From: an uncultured Bacteroidales bacterium
Lineage (GTDB): Bacteria > Bacteroidota > Bacteroidia > Bacteroidales > FEN-979
Length of the DNA stretch: 64,000 bases
Assembly: GCA_963785325.1 (NCBI GenBank)
Contig: CAWAVC010000046.1
Location: forward strand, 23,671-87,670
Reading direction: 5' to 3'
This document shows positions 57,181 through 64,000 of this stretch, in pieces (position 1 is the first letter of the stretch; each line of letters opens with the position of its first letter). A program made the position numbers and the translations under genes. Below the pieces are notes generated by a model. It saw nothing but the letters and a program-made list of their open reading frames with translations, was not told the origin of the DNA and made no database searches.

Positions 57181-59303
57181 ATGGGTAAGAATTCATATAA
57201 TAAAAAAAGCAAGTCGTTTAAAAATTCGAAAACACGATCTTCTTCAAGTAACAAATCAAAAAATGTAGTGCGACCTTCGCTTGATAAAACCAGGATCCCC
57301 TCCTGACAAAGGGATTATAAAAGCAGATAATTCAAAAAAAGCAAACCGTTATTTTGTTCTCTTCTTTTTTGTATTTAGCGCTATTCTTTACGGGAATACG
57401 GTTCTTAATAAATGGGCGATAGATGATAATTTCGTTACCGGCCCACAGAATGAACTTGTGAAAAAAGGATTTGCAGCGATTCCCAAAATATTTTCCACTT
57501 TCTATGTGGATCTAAAAGGCAATGTGGGAAATCAGGAAACCGATTATCGTCCTATTGTCAAAATGACCTTTGCCTATTGAATACGGACTGTGGGGAGGAC
57601 AAAAAGCCGGTAGAAGCCACATTAACATCAATGTACTTCTCTATTTCTGCATTTTGTTTTGCTGTTTTTCATACTCAGGCGATTACTGAAGAAATCATAA
57701 CATCCTATTTCCTTTCCTGATCACACTGCTATTTATGGCACACCCAGTTCATACGGAAGTAGTTGCCAGTCTCTAAGAACCGGGACGAAATGTTGTCATT
57801 TCTTTGCGGACTCGGGGGACTGCATTTTATACTCCGGTATGCTGAAAGAAAAAAATCATTTATGTTTTTGCGACTCTGATCGTATTCTTCTTAGGTTACC
57901 TGTGCAAATCGTCCATATTGTCTTTTGTTGTAATATATCCCTTGGTGCTGTATTTCTTTACCGACATCAAACCAAAAAATTTCATCTGGATATTCGCAGC
58001 CGTACTATTTGTTGGATTAGTGGCCCAATTCCTACCACGGGTTTTTCTTCCGAAGGCAATCCATGTGAATTCCTTTAACGAGAACCCGTTATTCATGGAG
58101 AAGATCTTTTGGATACGTACAGGTACAGGGCTGATTACATTATTATTTTATTTAAGAATACTCATCTTTCCGCATCCTTTGCTTTATTATTATGGTTACA
58201 ATATGATTCCCATTACTGGTTGGGGGAATATCTGGGTGATACTCTCTTTTATTATATACCTCGGTATATTTATTTATGCCATTTTGAAATTTCGGGAAAA
58301 ACATATTCTTTCATTTGCCATTTTATATTATTTCATTGCCATTGCCATCTATACAAATGTGATAATACCGGTTCCGGGTATTGTTGCCGAACGGTTTGTG
58401 TTTAGTGCATCATTGGGGTTTATCATTGCACTGGTTTATTTTATTTTCCTGGCTTTCCATACAGAACCCAGGAGTCTCACCATTGAATTCAGTGAACGGG
58501 CAAAAATTATTGTGATTATTGCCTTACTTCTGATTCCCTGTACAGCCATGACCATTAGGAGGAACCGTGATTGGCGGAATTTGCGTGATCTTTATACTAC
58601 GGATATAAAGTATCTGGTTAAATCATTTAAAGCCAATACTGAATATGCAGAATTCCTGTCAGGGATGGTCTATAAGGATCCTAATTATCAGCAAAATGGA
58701 ACAGTCAATGAAAGATTGCAGAAAATGATTATTACACATTTCCGCAGGGCATTGAAGATATATCCTAATGATTATGTCACTCTGAACGATCTTGCAACAG
58801 TTTACATTAATTTTTCACACAAACCTGATTCAGCACTCGTTTTTCTGAAGAACGCAATTAATTTACAGCCTGAACTTCAACCTGCCTGGGTAAACATGGC
58901 CATGGCATACCAAAAGAAAAACAAGATCGACAGCGCCATCATTTGTTACCAGAAGGTTCTACAAATCAATCCGAAAGCATTGACTGCTTATTTTAAGATG
59001 GCAAATTTTTACTTTGAAAAGGGTGAAGTTGGAAGGGCTATGAATATGAATGAGGCTCTCATGAGAAAGTATCCCGACCTGGATGTTCCATATTTTAACA
59101 TTGGATATTATTTTATTATGCAGGGAGATACCACAAATGCTATAAAGTACTGGGAACAAGCTGCTCAACGAAAAGCCACTTATGAAGTTTGTACAGACCT
59201 GAGTATAATGTACAAAGCAAAAGGAGATATGGAAAGAGCAAGATACTATTATGGACTTGCAGAAGATGCCCAACAAAGGCGGAATGCAGAAAGAAATCCT
59301 TGA
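57181..59303 (+). pseudogene. TMTC/DUF1736-like polytopic membrane protein with C-terminal TPR repeats (putative glycosyltransferase). The N-terminal third is broken by at least 5 frame changes.
   Basis: Fragments in three frames can be chained: ...ANRYFVLFFFVFSAILYGNTVLNKWAIDDNFV...VKMTFA / IEYGLWGGQKAGRSHINNVLLY / LLFFILRRLLKKS / NILFPFLITLLFMAHPVHTEVVASL / NRDEMLSFLCGLGGLHFILRYAERKKSFMF / ATLIVFFLGYLCKSSILSFVVIYPLV. These run into the intact ORF 57918..59303, which holds TM segments and then TPRs. HPVHTE is the DUF1736 hallmark. Confidence 0.7.
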
Positions 59304-59327
59304 CCATGAAAAAATGTCGGAAGAAAA

Positions 59328-61013
59328 ATGATAATCAATACTTTACAAGATATACTTTATTCAAATACTGAAAACTTTCCAGATCATGGTATTGGCTACG
59401 TCCGTTCTGACCGTACTGTTAAATTTGAGACATATCCGGAATTATTGCACCACGCCAGGGTCTTGCTCGGGGGATTACAGCAGGTTGGAATTAGAAAAGG
59501 TGATATAATCATTCTTTGTCTTGACAAGAGTTTCGAAATCATTCCTACTCTTTGGGCTTGTTTTCTCAGTGGCATTGTCCCTGCTTTGTTGCAGCCACCG
59601 GTTTCATTCTCAACCTATAATTCGGCTGCAGAAAAAGCCGAGAAAGTATTCCTGCAGTTGAATTCACCCAGCATCGTGCTTTCACATAGTCATATTCAGG
59701 CTTGGGAATGCAGTCATGTTCCAAAGAAAAAGTTGATAGATTATTCTTCTCTTCCAGATGATTTACCATACAAAGAGTCTAATGAATTATCTTTTGGTGA
59801 TCTTGCCCTGATTCAGTTCTCTTCTGGTAGTACCGGCGATCCAAAAGGTGTAATGTTGACGCATAAGAACATCATTACCAATATATGGGATATCACAAAA
59901 AGAATCATGCTTGACCAAAAAGATGTACTGGTGAACTGGATGCCATTATATCATGATATGGGGCTTTTATTCCATATCACTCCCACTTGTGCCGGATCTA
60001 CGCACTACTTTATTGAACCGGTTGATTTTGTGAAAGATCCTTTTCTCTGGCTCGATACGATTAGCAATCAAAAAATCACTGTTACAGGATGTCCGAATTT
60101 CGGGCAGATGCTGGTAAACCGTTATATGAGCCGCAGGCCGGGCAATCAATGGGATTTCTCTTCTCTCCGGATCATCTTTAACGGAGCGGAACCCATTTCT
60201 GTACCGATAATGGAAGAATTTCTTAAGCGCCTGCAAGCTTTCAGGCTTGATCCTACGGCAATGTTGCCGGCATACGGGATGGCAGAATGTACACTGGCAG
60301 TGACCTTTCCTCCTTTGGGTAAAGGAGCTATCGTTATCTCTTTCGATAGAAAAAAATTGTTGAAGGAAGGAATAGCCGTTACAGTCGACTCTATCGGTAA
60401 CGATGCAATCCAGATGGTCAACCTGGGTAGAAGCTTAGAACATTGTGCTATTCTGATCCTGGATGATGATGGAAATCCAGTACCAGATGCGACTGTGGGT
60501 AATTTGCTTGTGAAAGGTGATAATGTCACACAAGGATATTTCCGTAATCCTGAGCTATCGGCTGAATCTTATTCAGGAGAATGGTTTCGTACAGGTGATC
60601 TTGGATTTATTTGGGAAGGTGACTTTTTCATCACAGGAAGGGCCAAGGATATTATTTTCATCAACGGGATCAATTATTATGCACACGACCTGGAAAACCT
60701 TGCGATCAAAATTCCGGAAGTGACATACGGGAAGATTGTAATGGCCGGTTATTTTGATGAGCCGGAAGGAAGAGATAAAGTTGTAGTATTTTTGGTAGGG
60801 CCACTGAATGAAGCCACACATCAGTTGTTTAGGAAAATCAAGGAACATTTTACGAAGATGATTGGTCTTGCCATTGATACATACATTCCCATAAAATCGA
60901 GTGATATTCCCCGGACAAGTTCAGGAAAGATCCAGCGATATAGAATAGTGAACCGTTTCCTGAAAGGGGAGTTTTCAAAGGTAATCAAGCTGAATAACCT
61001 TGCGGAAGGTTAA
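59328..61013 (+). CDS. Fatty acyl-AMP ligase (FAAL-type adenylating enzyme)
   Basis: 561 aa. AMP-binding core FSSGSTGDPKGVMLTH, FAAL-style NWMPLYHDMGL and VKDPFLWL, C-terminal SSGKIQR. Confidence 0.8.
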   Translation: MIINTLQDILYSNTENFPDHGIGYVRSDRTVKFETYPELLHHARVLLGGLQQVGIRKGDIIILCLDKSFEIIPTLWACFLSGIVPALLQPPVSFSTYNSAAEKAEKVFLQLNSPSIVLSHSHIQAWECSHVPKKKLIDYSSLPDDLPYKESNELSFGDLALIQFSSGSTGDPKGVMLTHKNIITNIWDITKRIMLDQKDVLVNWMPLYHDMGLLFHITPTCAGSTHYFIEPVDFVKDPFLWLDTISNQKITVTGCPNFGQMLVNRYMSRRPGNQWDFSSLRIIFNGAEPISVPIMEEFLKRLQAFRLDPTAMLPAYGMAECTLAVTFPPLGKGAIVISFDRKKLLKEGIAVTVDSIGNDAIQMVNLGRSLEHCAILILDDDGNPVPDATVGNLLVKGDNVTQGYFRNPELSAESYSGEWFRTGDLGFIWEGDFFITGRAKDIIFINGINYYAHDLENLAIKIPEVTYGKIVMAGYFDEPEGRDKVVVFLVGPLNEATHQLFRKIKEHFTKMIGLAIDTYIPIKSSDIPRTSSGKIQRYRIVNRFLKGEFSKVIKLNNLAEG

Positions 61014-61031
61014 TTGACAATGATGACTATT

Positions 61032-62387
61032 TCACTCTTCCCTGAGTACCGAAATTTCTTTCTCAAATGCGATGTTCCTATAGTGAGTATTGCTCATAAA
61101 GGCCCAAAATGATGCACCGGGATTCTTTGTCCGCATCAGGGCTTTTATAAAGCGCAAATAAATGGCTCGTTTATTATAGACGCGATGGTAACAGTCTGCC
61201 ATTTCATCAGCAAGAGTTTGTGCAGACATATTCTTTGGACGGAATACAACATCTGCGTAATGATAATGCTGCCAATCTTTTGGGAAGGAACTCATCCCAA
61301 ACCGGCCTTCCCGGATGATCTTTTTATACACATTAGTGCCTGGCATGGGTGTCAGAATACCCGCTTGAATGGCATCTACTCCACAACTCAGAGCAAAATT
61401 TGTTCTACGGCTGAGGTCCTCCTTTCGGTCGCTGTCGAGGCCATATATGAAGGTTCCCAACACCGAGATCCCATGTTTCTGAATCTTCCGGAAAGAATTT
61501 CGAAAGGAGGCAACACCTCGGTTTAGGTTCAGCTGTTTATTGAATTCCTGTAACCCTTCTGCCTTCTCCACTTCAATCCCGATCATAATTAACCGGCAAC
61601 CGCTTTTGGCAGCATAATAAAGCAACTCATCATCATCGGCAAAATTCAACGATGCCTGTGAAAACCATCGCTTATTCATTTTTCGGTCTATCATTTCCTT
61701 GAAGAGTGCAATAACTCTTTCTCTTGAATGTTTCCCATAACCGCAGATATTATCATCTACGAAGAAAATATTCCGACGGTCAATCGTTTCAAGTTCCCTG
61801 ATCACTTCATCGATAGGGCGTTCCCGGAAATGTCTTCCATTGAAAGCCGAAACAGTACAAAATTCACAATTGAAGGGACAACCACGAGATGTTTGAACGG
61901 AATCGAAGATGTAAGCCGGATAAAACAGATCATGCCGCGGTATTGGCTGAGATTTCAATTCAAGTAATTCACCTTTATAACTTTTTTGAAGGTTCCCTGC
62001 AAGGAAATCTTCAATCAACTTCGGCCATACCCCTTCTGCTTCACCGATAACAATTGTATTTACAAAATTCTCTGCTTCATCCGGCAACATTGAGGCATGA
62101 ATTCCTCCCATCACAACCGGAATTCCCTTTTCACGGTATAATTTTGCGATATCATAAGCTCGTGGGGCCGATGAAGTAAAAGATGTAATACCAACAAGAT
62201 CCGCGTCACGGAATTTGAACCGCTGAAAATTTTCATCAATTATCCGGATATACCAGTCTTTAGGAGTGAGCGCTGCAATAATGCCAAGCCCCAAAGGGGG
62301 ATAACGCGAACTCCAATCGATGGCGAACCCCTTGCGGTATTCATTCATAGGGTTGATTAAAATCAGTCTTTTTTTTTCTCCGGACAT
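61032..62387 (-). CDS. B12-binding-domain radical SAM enzyme
   Basis: 451 aa. The N-terminal cobalamin-binding-like Rossmann region (LVGITSFTSSAPRAYDIAKLYREKGIPVVMGGIHAS) is followed by SRGCPFNCEFCTV (CxxxCxxC). Confidence 0.85.
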   Translation of the reverse strand: MSGEKKRLILINPMNEYRKGFAIDWSSRYPPLGLGIIAALTPKDWYIRIIDENFQRFKFRDADLVGITSFTSSAPRAYDIAKLYREKGIPVVMGGIHASMLPDEAENFVNTIVIGEAEGVWPKLIEDFLAGNLQKSYKGELLELKSQPIPRHDLFYPAYIFDSVQTSRGCPFNCEFCTVSAFNGRHFRERPIDEVIRELETIDRRNIFFVDDNICGYGKHSRERVIALFKEMIDRKMNKRWFSQASLNFADDDELLYYAAKSGCRLIMIGIEVEKAEGLQEFNKQLNLNRGVASFRNSFRKIQKHGISVLGTFIYGLDSDRKEDLSRRTNFALSCGVDAIQAGILTPMPGTNVYKKIIREGRFGMSSFPKDWQHYHYADVVFRPKNMSAQTLADEMADCYHRVYNKRAIYLRFIKALMRTKNPGASFWAFMSNTHYRNIAFEKEISVLREE

Positions 62388-62444
62388 TATGCAAAATTAT
62401 ATTTTTCCTCTCAACTTAAGGATGACCGGTCTTAAAATATTTAT

Positions 62445-62452
62445 TACTTTTG
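62445..62452 (+). promoter_or_regulatory. -7 promoter box (TACTTTTG) for the ACP-KAS III-SDR genes
   Basis: Exact TAnnTTTG match 17 nt upstream of ATG 62470. Confidence 0.45.
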
Positions 62453-62469
62453 CCTTAAACAAAAATAGT

Positions 62470-62706
62470 ATGACGATAAATGATTTTATTAAAAATATTG
62501 AAGGTGAATTTGATGATCTGAAACCGGGAATCCTTAAACCTGATAGCAACTTCAGGAATGTCTTCGAATGGAACTCGATCAATGCTCTTATCCTGATTGC
62601 GATGGTGAAGACTGAATATGATGTAACCCTTACAGCAGAAGATTTGATAAAATCAAAAACAGTAGACGATATTTACAAACTTATTGAAACACGTACCACG
62701 ACTTAA
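62470..62706 (+). CDS. Acyl carrier protein (stand-alone)
   Basis: 78 aa. FEWNSINALILIAMV places a Ser at the start of helix II, where the phosphopantetheine Ser sits. ATG 62470 is preferred over the track start at 62320. Confidence 0.7.
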   Translation: MTINDFIKNIEGEFDDLKPGILKPDSNFRNVFEWNSINALILIAMVKTEYDVTLTAEDLIKSKTVDDIYKLIETRTTT

Positions 62707-62707
62707 A

Positions 62708-63763
62708 ATGGCTCTTTTTTCTTTTTCAGGCATCCGGTTTGCTGGCATCGCAGCTACTGTTCCCCTAAAAAAGGAATACAATTCAGAATACAACTGGATC
62801 ACAAAGAAAGAACGGGAGTCTATTATAAAAAATATTGGTGTCGAATCCCGGCATGTGGCTGAAAAAGGCGTCACTACTTCTGATCTTTGTGTTGTTGCGG
62901 CCGAAAAACTCATTGCGAATTTAGCCTGGGATAAAAAAGAGATCGAATTACTGGTTTTTGTTTCACAATCGCGTGATTATCTCGTTCCCACTACAGCATG
63001 CATCGTCCAGGACCGTCTGGGGTTACCTCATTCCTGCATTGCATTTGATGTTGGCATGGGATGCTCAGGTTACATTTACGGGCTTTCTATCGTTGCCGGA
63101 ATGATGCAGGAGGGAATGATCAGAAAAGCTCTTTTGATGGTCGGTGATATTTCCACTATCACCGCGGCCTATCGTGATAAAAGTACTTATCCTTTGTTCG
63201 GAGATGCAGGTACGGTTACGGCGCTTGAATATGCCCCCCCGGCTCCTGCAATGATCTTTAATCTTCAGACAGATGGTTCACGGTATAAGGCCCTAATCAT
63301 TCAGGACGGGGGCGCCCGAAATAAAATGTCTCGAAAATCGTTCGAGTTCAAATCTTACGGAAAAGGGATCCACCGTAACCGACTAAATCTTGAACTGGAT
63401 GGTATTGAGGTCTTTAATTTCAGCCTCAGGGAAGTCGTTCCGAACATAAAATCCCTTTTGCGTTTTTCGGAAAGAACACTGACAGATATTGATTTTCTGA
63501 TATTCCATCAGGCCAACCGGCTGATAAATGAAACCTTGCGAAAAATGCTGAAACTTGATCCCGAAAAAGTACCTTATTCGATAAAGGAATACGGAAATAC
63601 AAGTGGTGCATCGGTACCTTTGACCATGGTTTCTCAATTGAAGGAAAATCTTTCGCAAACCCGGGTCAGATTGTTGCTTTCCGCTTTTGGCGTAGGATTA
63701 TCATGGGGATCCGTGATTCTGGAAACAGAGAATATCTGCTGCCCGGAGGTAATCGAAGTATAA
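62708..63763 (+). CDS. 3-oxoacyl-ACP synthase III (FabH-like KAS III)
   Basis: Cys in DVGMGCSGYIYGL, His in IFHQANRLI, Asn in YGNTSGASVP. The ATG follows 1 nt after the ACP stop. Confidence 0.85.
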   Translation: MALFSFSGIRFAGIAATVPLKKEYNSEYNWITKKERESIIKNIGVESRHVAEKGVTTSDLCVVAAEKLIANLAWDKKEIELLVFVSQSRDYLVPTTACIVQDRLGLPHSCIAFDVGMGCSGYIYGLSIVAGMMQEGMIRKALLMVGDISTITAAYRDKSTYPLFGDAGTVTALEYAPPAPAMIFNLQTDGSRYKALIIQDGGARNKMSRKSFEFKSYGKGIHRNRLNLELDGIEVFNFSLREVVPNIKSLLRFSERTLTDIDFLIFHQANRLINETLRKMLKLDPEKVPYSIKEYGNTSGASVPLTMVSQLKENLSQTRVRLLLSAFGVGLSWGSVILETENICCPEVIEV

Positions 63764-63782
63764 ACCTGTTAATCTTTTTAAT

Positions 63783-64000
63783 ATGAATGAGTTTCTGTTG
63801 ACAGACAAAACTATTCTGATTACAGGAGCCTCCTCGGGAATTGGAAAGGAAACAGCCTTGCTCGTGAGTCAATACGATGGATCAGTTTATATCACCGGTC
63901 GCAATGAGACCAGACTAAATGAGACTTTTCAAAAACTCTCTTCTTCACGTCATACGTCACATGTCACACATCATAAGAAGTTTATAGCCGATCTCACTGT
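63783..64000 (+). CDS. SDR-family oxidoreductase (FabG-like ketoreductase), 3' end outside the window
   Basis: MNEFLLTDKTILITGASSGIGKETAL... runs open to the window edge. Confidence 0.7.
   Translation, partial: MNEFLLTDKTILITGASSGIGKETALLVSQYDGSVYITGRNETRLNETFQKLSSSRHTSHVTHHKKFIADLT

Noticed and set aside
16615-57880. Programmed ribosomal frameshifting or recoding as the explanation for the split genes
   Set aside because: The breaks go in both directions and share no slippery heptanucleotide or downstream structure. They hit about 11 unrelated genes, several more than once, and none of those genes is known to use recoding.
60146-60529. 127-aa ORF antisense to the FAAL gene
   Set aside because: Shadow ORF with no motif. 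The sense strand carries complete AMP-binding motifs.
1-64000. rRNA, tRNA, tmRNA, riboswitches, integrases, transposases, IS ends
   Set aside because: I found none by eye. No tRNA-like T-arm or acceptor patterns turned up, and no ORF has recombinase or transposase motifs. A dedicated tRNA or covariance-model scan would be needed to be certain.

Overview
This 64 kb window looks like Bacteroidota chromosome. The evidence is TAnnTTTG -7 promoter boxes, T9SS C-terminal sorting domains, and an ECF sigma/FecR/TonB-dependent transducer/DUF4249 module. Gene density is high, and housekeeping and envelope or accessory genes are mixed. Housekeeping content includes sufBCDSE, a DUF59 SufT-like gene, typA/bipA, dxs, rsmA/ksgA, rbfA, a LolE-like permease, manA, dCMP deaminase and an MsbA-like ABC exporter. 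Accessory content includes a GH43 gene next to an OprB-like porin, two large T9SS-secreted cysteine peptidases (C10 and C25) carrying CUB-like modules, a TlpA/DUF6029/Omp28 CXXC triad, a mazEF pair, and a lipid or polyketide-like cassette at the 3' edge (FAAL, B12-radical SAM, ACP, KAS III, SDR). I saw no rRNA, tRNA, CRISPR array, integrase or transposase. Three things stand out. (1) About 11 otherwise well-conserved genes are broken by roughly 20 single-base frame changes. Five of these fall within 300 bp at 57.57-57.87 kb. (2) Degenerate heptamer (and one octamer) tandem arrays fill four stop-to-start spacers between same-strand genes. (3) The partial FAAL/rSAM/ACP/KAS III cassette is unassigned. 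All calls come from reading the ORF translations and the DNA by eye. No database search was run.
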